Shown in pieces: positions 41,089 to 52,548 of a stretch of 64,000 bases of DNA (its first letter is position 1; each line of letters begins with the position of its first letter). The notes beneath the pieces are model-generated. The model was not told where the DNA came from and ran no database searches. It worked only from the letters and a program-made list of their open reading frames with translations. Origin of the DNA: Microthyrium microscopicum (taxonomy: Eukaryota); the NCBI GenBank assembly GCA_010405405.1, contig MU004231.1:1166153-1230152 (forward strand). The letters run 5' to 3'. Made by a program: the position numbers and the translations under genes.

Positions 41089-42497
41089 CTATCCACTAGT
41101 AGCGGGACCTCCATGTGTGAGGAGTCGTCCATACGGTCCATTCGCTGCTTGCGCCATTGAGGGTCCAGCTGTCACCAAAGTTCCCGCAGCTGGGCCTGCT
41201 GCAGTGCTAGCTGGCAGCGGCGCTGGAGCGAGTGGAGGTTGTGCAGGCTGTGATATGGCAGGTGGCCCTGCTAGAGTTGAAGCTGGCGCGATAGGTGGTG
41301 CCGGAACAATAGCAGGCAGCTGTCGCTGTGCCGGGCCTTGTTGGCGAGGCGGCACCAAGCCAGCAGCTCGTGCAGCAGCAAGCCGAGCAGCAGTGAATGA
41401 TCTTCCAGTTGTCGGTCCATGGTTGGGGGTGCCCACCGCGTATGCAATTTGGGGTATGTTCAATGGATTCACCGGATTCTATCTATGGTGGATCGCATTT
41501 CTCAACACCCACTGTGGATTGAAGATCCCTCCAAAGGTGGGAACACCGTGCTTCTTGCGAATGTGCTCCTGGAGACCTATCACCCCTTTGGTCCACTTGA
41601 ATCGTGGCCCAACTGGGCCTTGGCCGTTGCAATCTAGAGATCATGTTAGAGTCTGCTTGAAGAATCGACAGCTGTTAATGGAGAGGAGCACTTACGGCAT
41701 ATTGGGCATCGAAGCTCTGCTATCTCACCTTGGTCAACCGGGACTAGGATTCCGTGGTAGTAGTATCCAGATGCGGTGTCTGACTGCCACTGCATCGCAG
41801 TTCCGTTGACCGTTGCGGTCAGCATGGGGCCGTATGGTACTATCACCGATGGGTGAAAAGGCCGTCGTCTATTGGGGCGTCGAGAGCCAGGAGCTGTTTG
41901 GGTAGGAGCAACTTGATGGGGAGCAGCAGCGTGACGACCAGAACGTCGAACACCACCTGCCGTAGCATTTGGCGCTTGAGGATTTGGCACTTGAGGATTT
42001 GGCACTTGAGCGACTGGTATATGAGCGACTGGTATATGAACGACTGGTACTTGAGTATTTGGTACTTGAACGATTGGCAGCTGAATGTTTGGCACTTGAG
42101 CAGGTGTCAGTTGAGGCTGTGCTTGATTTAGACCAGTAGCAGTAGGATCCATGACTGGTGGATGTTGCACGATTGTATCCGATAATATGTATAAACGTTG
42201 GTTTCGATTAGGAAGGGGGTGCGGACCAATGATAGGAAGGCCACTTGGGTGCGTATAAGTGTTGTCTGGAGAGAGCGGCCGTGGCTGTTCCATCGGAAGG
42301 AGTCCGTAGTTCACACGGTAATTAACAGGACTGTCTTCTTGCTCTTTGGCCTGACCATCGTGTTGCTCAGTAGCCCAGTCATCGTCCGATTTAGTGGCCT
42401 GACTATCGTTTTGAGGATCGTCGTTTCCCGAAGAGTCGTGTGGAGGGAATAGCACAGAGTCGCGTTCCATAGCGGAAGTCCAGAATGGCCCGGTCAT
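41089..42497 (-). CDS. Family A paralog A4, in-frame TAG (41481-41479) and 129-codon Pro/Ala-rich extension
   Basis: WQSDTASGYYYHGILVPVDQGEIAELRCPIC|HCNGQG...FKWTKGVIGLQEHIRKKH...NPQWVLRNAIHHR*NPVNPLNIPQIAYAVGTPN. Intron 41695-41634. Confidence 0.8.
41968..42101 (-). repeat. Coding minisatellite, 15-bp unit, about 9 copies, in A4
   Basis: Plus-strand units such as tttggcacttgagga and actggtatatgagcg encode QVPNI-QLPIV-QVPNT-QVPVV-HIPVA-HIPVA-QVPNP-QVPNP-QAPNA. Confidence 0.85.
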
Positions 42498-43250
42498 GGT
42501 TTCGGTTACCAGCCAAGGCAATGGGAGAGCTGGCGTGGATTTGGTAAGAAGTGATAGTTTTGAGAAGCGGCCGCGCAAAGAACGACGAACTGTGACACTG
42601 ATGAAGTATCGTACTTTGAGAACTCTTTTGATTTATAGAAGAAGTTATAGAACTGGGCGTGAAGGAAAAGTCAAGAACTTGGTTGGGAATCGGGATGGTG
42701 TGGTAGTAAGAGGTGTAGAGAATGGAGTATAAAATCAGGCTTGGGGCAACCAACGGATTGGATTGGACGGAGCTAGCGAGGTCGAATCGAGGTATTGACG
42801 AGGTGAGCTCACCTCGAGAATGTCGGGACATGTACTAAGCCAGAATCAGGTAGCGATTGCTCCATGAAAATGACAATATCAGATATACGCCAACATTAAA
42901 GATCCCAAAGCAAGAATTTGACAGTATAGAGTTGGAGATACAAGCTGTATTGATATTAACGGCTATAAACAAGGTTTCCGAGACACCGAACAGAAGCATG
43001 TCCGCTTTTATAGTCATAACAGCCATGACAATTCCAGAAGTCTGCTGTACTGTAATAATAACTGTTTGGACAAACAAAGGTCGAACCGCGAGGACAACAT
43101 CACAAAGTCCTCGTTTCAAATCATGAATAATCCTGCAGTATGACCATCCTGGAATTGTCTATTTCCGTAACAAGAAGTAGCATTTTCAAAGTCGTCCTGC
43201 CCATAATTGTCAAACCTCACACCTTCACCAATCACCGATGTGCTCAACCG

Positions 43251-44523
43251 CTATTCGATAATGATACCAGAAACCGTTCCTGCCGTGGAATCCAAGTGTG
43301 CTCGAGCAGCTTCTGCTCGTGCTCGCTCTGTCTTCTTGTGTTCCTTGCGCCGAGTGGTTTGTGACTGTGAACGGAGAGTACTTTTCCGATCCAATCCTTT
43401 GGTGTTGAGATTCTTGAGAAAAGGACGGATTGTAATGTCGCGCGGAGCTGCTGGATCCTAGCCAGCACAAGTTGCAACACGTATCAGCCACTCGTAATTA
43501 AATCGCACCTTCTGATTCGGGTAGTGGGATAGGCGCATGTGCTCATAGATTCCCTTTAGGCCTTTAGACCATTTGTCCCGACCTTTGTGGCGGCCGTTAC
43601 CGGCTAGATCACAAGTCAGTTGAAGTTACCGTGGTTAGAAATAGCTTTGGAAACTCACAGCAGATTGGGCATTTGATTTCGATGATGCTGAGATCTTTCA
43701 GCTCTACCAAGTTGTTCGAATAGCGCAATTGGGTGGTAGAGCACCGCTCCCATGTCGATGGGTCGGTACTCTCGGGCGGTACAGTATTCCCAGTCTCTGC
43801 CTGTTTCGGTAATGGATTTGGAAGATCTTTGATTTCTCTCACCTCCGGGCGCTGTGTAGCGTCCTGAGAAGACATAGCCTGTGAATTTGCCAAGCTTGAC
43901 AAAGGTCCAAGAGGATGGGCCGCATTATTAGTTTCGGCAGGGTGACCTCCAGATTGAGACGCAATTGAAACAAAGGGAGAAGTTGTCGGGTGAACAGCAG
44001 GAGCGATGCTGATAGGAGGCATTGTCCCTAAACGTCGACCTGAATTACGACGCGAGGAAGCTGATGTCAAGAGAGCATTATTGGGAGGAACTGGGGGTGG
44101 TGGCATCGAACCATGTTCGGCTTGAGCAGTTACTTGATGGGTAAAACCAGTATCGTCGTTCGAATATTGTAGTGTGGATTGCACATTTGGAGCATAGGCG
44201 TTGTTGATGATATAGTGAGGTAGAGAGCTCATCTGAGGATGCGTAGAAGTGTGAGGGTTTCCAGTCGAGAGAGTGCCGGATGCTGCGCCGTCATCTCGAG
44301 CAACCGCACCGGAGGGCAGAGCTGAAGCTTGCCTATCTCGATGGTTGGTGTTCTCTTGGGCGTTGCGATCTGTGAGGAACGAGGTCACCATGGCATCGAT
44401 GGCATTCTGGTCTAGAGAGACACCGCCATTTGGAGCTGGGCGTAGAAGGTAATGGTAGTTGTGAAGTGTCCCTATTACCAGTCGCACGCATTCCTCATGA
44501 GATAAAGCGCGATGGCCTGACAT
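43251..44523 (-). CDS. Family A paralog A5, in-frame TAG (43460-43458) and 68-codon extension
   Basis: WERCSTTQLRYSNNLVELKDLSIIEIKCPIC|SGNGRHKGRDKWSKGLKGIYEHMRLSH...NYEWLIRVATCAG*DPAAPRDITIRPFLKNLNTKGLDRKSTLRS. Intron 43658-43604. Confidence 0.82.
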
Positions 44524-46458
44524 GATGATTTTGGGAAACAATGTGATCGACGAATATGTTGTTTGTAGTATAGAAACAGTGAAGGAGAGTCTTTGGTAAC
44601 GGGGAGAAGGGTGCAGTAAAAAGTAGAGTTGAAGAAAGCGAGGTGAAAGAGATGTTGAGGGAATTTTATAAGAAAGACTCGGAGGATGAACTCGGGGTTA
44701 GACTAGCCAGGGTATTGTTGTAATGCCATTGGACTGCACTTGGAGGTGGTATGGCCTGAACCTATGGAGCGTCTAAGGAGGTGGTATAACTTGGGCCTAT
44801 AAAGAGGTGCTAGAGCGTGAAAGTACCAGCAGTGTCTTCGCAAGACTAGACTCCCAATGTGTCTTGAAATCCTCAATCTCGACTCGCGTTGACTTAAGAA
44901 CTATAGATACAATGCTTGACGGCTCTAAATAGAAACCTGGACTCTATTGCCATGCTCAGACTTGTTGTTTGACTGCTAACAACCTTGGTAATCGATTCGC
45001 CAAGGAATGTAGAGCCATTCTGACTATCGTTTTGGTATAGAAAAGCCTTGAAAGTTCTATCAAGTCTTTAATCTGTCACTCAAATCCAATTCACGTTGTT
45101 GATAGTTGGTAACGTTTCATCGTAGTTCGCCACAGGAGTTTTCAAATACCAACAAGATTGAACACTGATCGTCATTATACTGCTATCTGGCATTTGTAAG
45201 AGATGTTGAGGGCATCGCAGCTAGAAGGATAAGCGCACATTACATATCGCAGTATTGATGAAATCGTCTGGTAGAATGGTGGCACCATTTACTGCTCATT
45301 CGAAAAGTTGGACTGCTGTCGTATAGATTAATGGAAGTTGCCAACGTGCAACTCGCAGCCTTTAGAGGCCCTGCAAAACAGTGGCTTTGTGGAATATTCG
45401 AGCGAGAGGTATCGTTTTGAACTGACAGTGACCCGATCGGACCTGGAAAAGACTTTTATGACGGGTGTGCCAAAAATGCGGTTCAGTCAAATCAGAAGCG
45501 TGAGCTGCTGTACTCGGTGCAGCAAGCACATGAGGCGGTAGTCCTTGAGAATCAAGTATCGAGTCCTGATCAGCAAAAGCCGTGGCCTTAAAGTGCGCTT
45601 CATCGATGCGTGTTGGCGCCGTTCCTGACGGCACCGAGCTGCTTCCTTTCCGATTCCAGACATTTTTCAACCGTATTTGGATACTCACGCCAATGATTGG
45701 CTGTATAAAATGTAGACTTGTGCTGTTACAGAGCTGAGGGTCCATTTGGCGCCAGTAATATAAGAATAGTCTCCTTTTATCGTGAAAGGGGACACTGTAA
45801 TGCCATCATACCTACCTAAGTAGGTACTTAAGTAGGTGATCTGAGGAAGATATACGCATTTAGTAAGATTGATGGTGGCAGGCCGCCTCTTCGTCAATGA
45901 AGATATCCAAAACAGCATATATGTTATCGAGTTACAATGCGACGAGTTTCTCCTGCGATGAGGGGGGTTTAAAGATTGTTGAGGGTATGCAACACAAATA
46001 TCAATTCGGTTTCGCGGCCCCTGAGCCAGGACTCGCCATGTTGGCGTTGATACTCGAATTAGAGGACTAGGAGTCGCAAGATCGAAGACACTTTAAGAAA
46101 TGTGCCAGAGAGAACAGACATTTCTCGTCCGTCAAAGATGCCCGAAAGCGGAAGTAGAGAACAATTCTTCTGTAATAATACAATAGGACCATCGCTCGAT
46201 ATCAAAATCAATAACAAGAATTCGGATTGTTATGGCATAGTAGTCATACTAGTCCCGATATCTAAAAGCCTCAATGGACGTCCTCACACTAGCCATAATA
46301 AAATCAATCCGAAGCATCGCGCTGCTTGGCAGTCATGCATATTTCCATCGTCACAAATACCAGCCGCAAGGCATGGCTAAACCCCTGATTGCACGGATAT
46401 TTTCGGTCCATGGCGACTGGACCCAGTCAATAGAAATCACCGTCACAGTGCTCAAGGT

Positions 46459-47697
46459 TTAGGAGGCAGGTGCCGCCTGAGCTCGCACTGCCTTCTTCCG
46501 ATTCCGCTGAGCCTTAGAACGCAGCGTGGAAGTACGGTCTACTCCACGTGTGTTGGTGTTCTTTGGATATGGTCGCTTAATGATGTCCTGAGCAGTCGCT
46601 GGGTTCTAAACAGCAACAGCAGCACCGCATCTAAGAAGCCACGCATAGTCGATTCGGACTTTTCGGCCATGGATCTGGTAATGTGACATTCGGACATGCT
46701 CTGCGAGGCCCTTGACACCTTGAGCCCAGTTCCATTGCCCGGTTTGTCGTCCGTTGCCGCCTAAAAGGTGTATTAGATCATGGCCAGGAAAATTTGGGCA
46801 TATGTACTTACCGCACAAGGGACAACTCAAGGCTTTGACGGAGCCATCTTTTAGCTGTACATAGTTGTTGAAGTGCCGCAATTGGGTTGCTGAACACACC
46901 TCCCAAGTTGATGGGTCAGGTACCATGACCTGCACTGTTAAGCCAATTGCTGCTTGTTCGGGTAGCTGTGCCGGAGTTTGTCGTATCACTGGAATGGAAG
47001 GAGCAGCGGCGCGATGGTGGACCCGCTGGTTTTGTGCAGTGCTTATTTGAGAGTTTGCGACGTTACCATTCACTACCAGGGTCGGAGCATTCGTGTTGGC
47101 TGGCAAGGCTGGGCTTGGTCCTGCAGGATGTGGGAGTGTGGCGCGTGGGTTGCGATCAATTGCCATAGAAGGCATCATCTGTCCAGAAGAGTGGTTGGAT
47201 GCTCCACCGTGAGCGAATATCTGAAAGGGCGGCAGTATCGTGGGCTGAAGGAACTGATCGAAGCTGTCGTCGCCTTCAGACGTAGCGAGATGTCCGATTA
47301 CAGAGGTAGTGTCCCAGTGCGATTGCGAGAATGGATGCTGCATATTGGGTGAAGCTGTCAATGTAGTCGACGGGATCTGATCCACTTGCGGGTGGCCGAA
47401 CGTAATGGTGTTATCGAGAACTGAATTGGGAGAAGGGTCAATCGTAGATGCGGTACTTCCTGGCGTGGCAGGTTTGAACTCCGCGGAGGGACCAGAAGAT
47501 CCTTGGCTGGATTTCTCATGTCGTTGGTGAATGAAATAGTCCACCATGTCGGCTATGGCATCCATGTTGTAGCTAAGGACACTCATTGACGGCTCAGTAT
47601 CATTGGGCATGACTGTAACCAATTGATTTGCGGAAACAAGCGTTAGGTGGACCAACTCCATGCATTCTTCACGAGACATGGGACGTGAATCCGCCAT
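46459..47697 (-). CDS. Family A paralog A6, in-frame TAG (46608-46606) and 48-codon extension
   Basis: WEVCSATQLRHFNNYVQLKDGSVKALSCPLC|GGNGRQTGQWNWAQGVKGLAEHVRMSH...DYAWLLRCGAAVAV*NPATAQDIIKRPYPKNTNTRGVDRTSTLRS. Intron 46811-46761. Confidence 0.82.
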
Positions 47698-47890
47698 CAG
47701 GAAGGGGGTGAGAGCTTTTGATGGAAATAGAATGGCTCGATAGGGTAGACGCGCAGTGATATGGAAGGTTGTTTGCAATAATGGATCGCTAGGTGAACAA
47801 AGAAGGGTTCTATGGGTTTAAAGGTGGAGAGAAGGTTGTTGTGAAGTGGAAAGGAAGAGGTTGTCGTAAGATGTACGCGAAAAAGTTGCT

Positions 47891-47974
47891 GTGAGATGTA
47901 GGAGAGACTCGGGCCAGGTTAGAATGGGGCCTTTTTGTTATGGCCTATAGGACGCATAAGGAGGTGTTATATAG
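47891..47974 (-). promoter_or_regulatory. Shared upstream module (copy before A6)
   Basis: Plus-strand gtgagatgtaggagagactcg...atggcctatag...taaggaggtg aligns with 50449-50537 and 52549-52631 and lies ~190 bp upstream of the ATG. Confidence 0.65.
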
Positions 47975-49027
47975 AATGAACGTTCAGGTGGTCTTTATTG
48001 TGGCGTTAACCCGTGAACCCGATGCTATTCCACAAAGCCGCAAATGTAATTGGCTATTGAGTGAAGAGTTCCTGTCTAAAAACAGATACATCTATCCGAC
48101 TTTCCCACTTTCAGGATCTACATCCCGGGTAGTTTATATGTTTATAAAAATCGTGGTTATTGCACATGTCGAAGGCAATGTAGGAAACCGCAGCGAGAGC
48201 AGCTACTAGAAGCGATCTATAGCCGCGAGCGGACCGAGTCAGTCAAATGACAGATCAAAAACTGCTTCTCTTGCCAGGAAGCTGTTTTTTGTCTAGAAAT
48301 CTACCTGAAACAAATCCTGTGTATGACAAGCCAAAGTAACCAACAGGAGATGCACTGTGCACTCTTTATACGGTGGAAAAACACCATGTGAAATAAATCA
48401 AATCGCAAGAACAGTGTTTGCATATTCTCATACTGCTGTCGTTGCTATCTAACAATATTCGGAAAACGACGTTGCAACTGTGCCGCCTCAGAGGTTGTCA
48501 AATACTCCGTAGTCCGTCTGCATATCCAGATGACTGCCAAATTCTGCCTCTTATTTTGTTTTCATATACCAAATAACCGGGCAAGCAGATTCTGACTACC
48601 CCCGGAACTTCATGGAGAGTCAAAAATAGAATTTTGATGGCGTAGAATTGCGTAAACGCGCAGTGATATATCTCAATTGGTGGAGCTCATCACTCCCATT
48701 CTACATATTTGCGCAAACTTGCGAGGCTTCGAATTTCTATCAGGCTAGGATTGCAGCTCATTATCGGATAACGTGAAATCAAACTGTATTGCTTCTGTCT
48801 CAAACCCATCATTGTAACCAGAACCACGCTCAACGTCCACAGCAAATACCTTCCTCTGGTATGGGTACCTGGCATATATTCAAGTAGGTCACTATGTATG
48901 GTAAAGGAATCCATCAATCTGACTGCGACATTTGGGCAATAATCTCCTTTATTTCTAACCATCAGTATGCACCATTGACTAATAGAATCCTTTCCAAACT
49001 CAGAAAGATCGCAAGTTTTAGTGGAGA

Positions 49028-49116
49028 TCACGACCATTTCATGAGGTGAAGTTGGAATAAAGATGGCGCTTGTGTCCGGCAGGGCAAAGCGGGTATGCGG
49101 GCCGGTCCCATCATTC
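49028..49116. repeat. Conserved ~88-bp non-coding element downstream of B1
   Basis: Close copy at 53457-53543; 3 mismatches in the first 45 nt. Confidence 0.85.
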
Positions 49117-49430
49117 TGGCGCAGGACCAATTGCAAGAAACTTGGGGAAGACCATTTAATAACATCTACTTCTCATCGAAACATGGTTGGAAATAATTGC
49201 TGCGTTCTGCGACACCAGGATTTGAGGCATATTAGGCTTCGATGCGGAGACAGCTGGGACTCGATTCAATCGTATTGTCGCAAGGCACGGCAATTTTTAT
49301 GTAACTTTTAGTAAGTCACTTGCTGGATGTTGGTAATTATACAGAACAAGCAGAGAAAAGCAATAATTTTCGTAAATCCGGCGCTATGCACGCGATTAAT
49401 TCTATTCATCATCATCCTCCTCCTGTTGTC

Positions 49431-50288
49431 CTATTTCTCCTGCTCCTCCTGTTCCTCCTTCCCTTGCTCTTCCGCAGCTACTGCTTGTGATGCGTTAGGC
49501 GCTGCAGCCGCTGGCGCATTGGAGCTGAGAGAAATGGCTAGACGTCTTCCAGCAGACACAGGAGTGGCGGTTGCAGCCGCAGGAACGCGAGCTGAACTGG
49601 CCGAGGCGGTCATAGGAGTTGCATGGATACCAGTCGAACTGCCAGGATTGGCGCTTGTATTTGCGGCTGTAATGATGTCCTCTATGGAGTCTGTTAGCAG
49701 TGCTGAAGTTTACGGATGTTCGAACTTACCCGCAAATCTGATGAGTACGCTGGGCTCATTGAACGGCTGAATCGCGTTTGCGACCTCACCCATTCGAATC
49801 AGCACTAATGCCAGATCCGGATAACGCTCAGCGACTATTGAGGGAGGAGTCGTACTCTCGACTAGAAGATGAAAGAGTACAGGCGACACTACATCCGCGC
49901 CTGCCGGGAGAGGACCATTCCAGTTGCCTCGCATGGAGTTTAGGTGTGCTTGCAGAGGCGGCAGACTATTGGCAACCATAGGGCGCACTTGTCGGCCATC
50001 GAAAATCGAAAGTGCCCGAGCCAGCATATCTAAGGTGGCGCTGAATTGGGCGTAGCCCTCCATCGGTGCAGATGTGCGGTTTTGATACCACAAACGAGCA
50101 ACAGGGCGCCAGTACGGCTGGCTCAGACCAGTCTATTCGCACATCAGTAGGAATGCTATAGTCACGCATTAGATGGGAAGGATTACCGGGCTGAAGAAGA
50201 GAACAGCGACGACTTCGCCTCTGTCCACCTGCTCGTTGAATTGAGCACACTGGGATTCAGACATCCAGCTCAGTGACATCTCGGCCAT
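49431..50288 (-). CDS. Family B paralog B1, unknown function, 3 exons
   Basis: MAEMSLSWMSESQCAQFNEQVDRGEVVAVLFFSP|...RPVARLWY...HLNSMRGNW...PAGADV...FHLLVEST.PPS.VA...LIRFA|...SAGRRLAISLS. Homologous to B2 with the same intron positions. Confidence 0.8.
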
Positions 50289-50448
50289 AGTTGCGTGCTG
50301 GGAATATCAGGCGCAGAAGTATTGAAAGCGGTTTACAGATGACGGTGTTGGTAAGAGATTCCTTGGAGGAGTAAGTGATGAGCGCGCAAAGGCGTGGTGA
50401 ATGAGAACGAAGAATTGAGCAAAGCAATTCCAGAAACCGGGAGTTGTT

Positions 50449-50537
50449 GTGAGTTGTAGAAGAAACTCGGGGCCACGCTAGCATGGGATCCTACTGCCAT
50501 GGCCTATAAGATGAATAAGGAGGTGGTATAGCATGGG
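50449..50537 (-). promoter_or_regulatory. Shared upstream module (copy before B1)
   Basis: gtgagttgtagaagaaactcg...tagcatggg...atggcctataag...taaggaggtggtatag, ~160 bp upstream of the B1 ATG. Confidence 0.65.
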
Positions 50538-51134
50538 CAAATGAAAAGCGTAACGAGGTAGCATAGCGTGGCAGTTCTAGCTGATCTTCATTTCTGTCAA
50601 TCGCATATTTTCTTCAGAAAGATTGCTTACACAATATACTGATGTAGAGGAATAGAGGCGGAAAGCATTATTGACAACATATCGCATTATGAGCAGCAAT
50701 GGTAGTAACACATCTATTAATCTACATACAGTTGGGTCCAACTTCCTGGCCATGTATTTCAGGACTCTTCGAGCAACTTTGAGAACAATTGATTGGAGCT
50801 AGGGTGAGCAGTATATATTGATATAGAAGAACTAAGCACTAAAAAAGCGGGTGCTTTTAAGGCTAAGGCTGAAACTAAATTGACAATTACAAAAGATATC
50901 GAGGACCCCGAACAATAACATCGCCACTTCCAACATTAAGACTTTGCGTATAGTAATAATAATCATAGAGAACAAGAGTGATGTTGGGGTAATGGGGCCA
51001 ATGGTGATGGTGATCTTTGGAAGCAACAGTAAGAATACCCTAATCCAACAACAAGAAGTTCCCGTCCCATGGGCCACATGTTCGGTAATCTGAGATCAGA
51101 CTTTCCAGAGATAGCTCTGTCGTTACCTACCCTC

Positions 51135-52345
51135 CTAATCGATGGTGGCACCGTCGAGTGCGTTCGTCACGTCGGAGGGGCGAAGTGCTTGTGACCGCAT
51201 TGCCGCCTTGAGTGACTTGCGCTCTTGGATTTGCGATTGAGACCGCAGGGTTGAGCGACGGTTCAGTCCGCGACTGTTTCGATTCTTGGGGTATGGACGT
51301 AGCGTAAGGTCTCGCGGTTCTGTTGGATCCTATACTCTCACAACCGCAACACGCATAAGCCATGCAGCATCGATTCTAACCTTCTGGTTCGGGAATTCTG
51401 AGAGTCGAATATGCTCCATCAATCCCTTGAGCCCCTGTACCCAATTGACCTTCTTGCTAGTATGGCGACCGTTTCCACCTAATACAACTATCAGATTTCT
51501 GAAGCAGTGTAGATATTTAAAAGAGACTTACCACAAATGGGACATTGAATCTCTCGGATAGTGCCATCCGGCATTTGTATGAGACTGTTGGAGAAACGCA
51601 GTTTGAACGATGAACAAGTATCCCATGTCGCAGTATCGACGTTCTCTGGTGAAACATGTTCACCAACTACTGCTTGTTCAGGCAGTTGAGTTGGGAGTGC
51701 ATTGATCAAGCGCAGTTGAGAGCGCGTAGTTTGTGATCCGGAAGAAGTTGCCTCTCGGTTGTGGGGACGGTGTCGTCGGGCCATCGAGCGAGGGGTGATG
51801 TTCTGGAATGATAGTGGGCCAACAGCTGTACTCGATGCAGCAAGCGTATTGTAGGGTAGCCCTTGGAATTGGGGGATGGACATCTGGTCAGCAGGAGCGG
51901 TGTCCATGAATGAAGCGGTAGTGATGTCTGTCATAGCGTTCAATGATTGCATTGAGCTGCTTGCGGTTGCAATTCTAGAAACTGCTTCGGAAGGCATTCG
52001 AGAACTGTTGCTGACATTGGGCTGCGAAGATTGGAAAGTTTGGTCGTTATAGAGCTGAAGCCCCATTTGAGGCTGTTCCACAGGGATATAGTCTTTTGCG
52101 ATTCCCGTGTAGGATGCGGCAATGCTATCTTGACTAGCCGGGTCTAGAGAAGGCGCGCGTACTTCGGAGGTTTCGCGATGCAATACAGTCTCTTCGTCAA
52201 TGAAGGCATCCACCATATTGTATATGTTGGCGAAGTGTGGCTCGAGTCCACTTTCTCCTTCGAAGAGAAGTTGCTGAGGATGGAAGAGAGTTCGTAGCAC
52301 CAGTTGCACGTAAGTGTCGCGGACCATTGATCGAGGAGTCGCCAT
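51135..52345 (-). CDS. Family A paralog A7, in-frame TAG (51332-51330) and 64-codon extension
   Basis: WDTCSSFKLRFSNSLIQMPDGTIREIQCPIC|GGNGRHTSKKVNWVQGLKGLMEHIRLSE...DAAWLMRVAVVRV*DPTEPRDLTLRPYPKNRNSRGLNRRSTLRS. Intron 51531-51479. Confidence 0.82.
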
Positions 52346-52548
52346 ATCGGCGTCTGTATTGGCGACGGAAGGCGAGTTGGGAGGACTGTGGAACCAAAGA
52401 GATGACGAAAAGGCGAAGAAGACGACTTAACCTTCTGGGTTGACAAGGAGAGGAGGATACAAGGCAAAGAGGATGGCCAAAGGGGATGAGCAAAGAAGAT
52501 AGGCACAGAGGATGGACTTGGTGGGTGTGAGGTTGAGGGAAGATTGTT

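Noticed and set aside
41117..41809. 230-aa plus-strand ORF
   Set aside because: Antisense shadow of A4 and its GC-rich extension.
45362..45745. 127-aa ORF between A5 and A6
   Set aside because: No similarity to family A or B and no motif; cannot be supported as a gene.
49028..49116. C/D-box snoRNA call for the conserved element
   Set aside because: The C-like box is imperfect (ATGATGG/ATGATAG) and there is no CTGA D box at a conserved position.
34864..52345. Genome-wide TAG reassignment as the explanation for the in-frame stops
   Set aside because: Conserved genes in this window (delta-COP at 55633-55631, RlpA-like at 5970-5968) end at TAG at their expected C-termini.
34864..52345. The conserved TAG being a 3' splice acceptor
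   Set aside because: Disfavoured but not excluded. A5 and A7 have weak in-frame GT sites 51 nt upstream, but no donor or branch point is shared across copies. The preceding codons are conserved as protein ([DN]xxW[LV]) with nearly fixed length, and joining from the CPxC donor would be out of frame.
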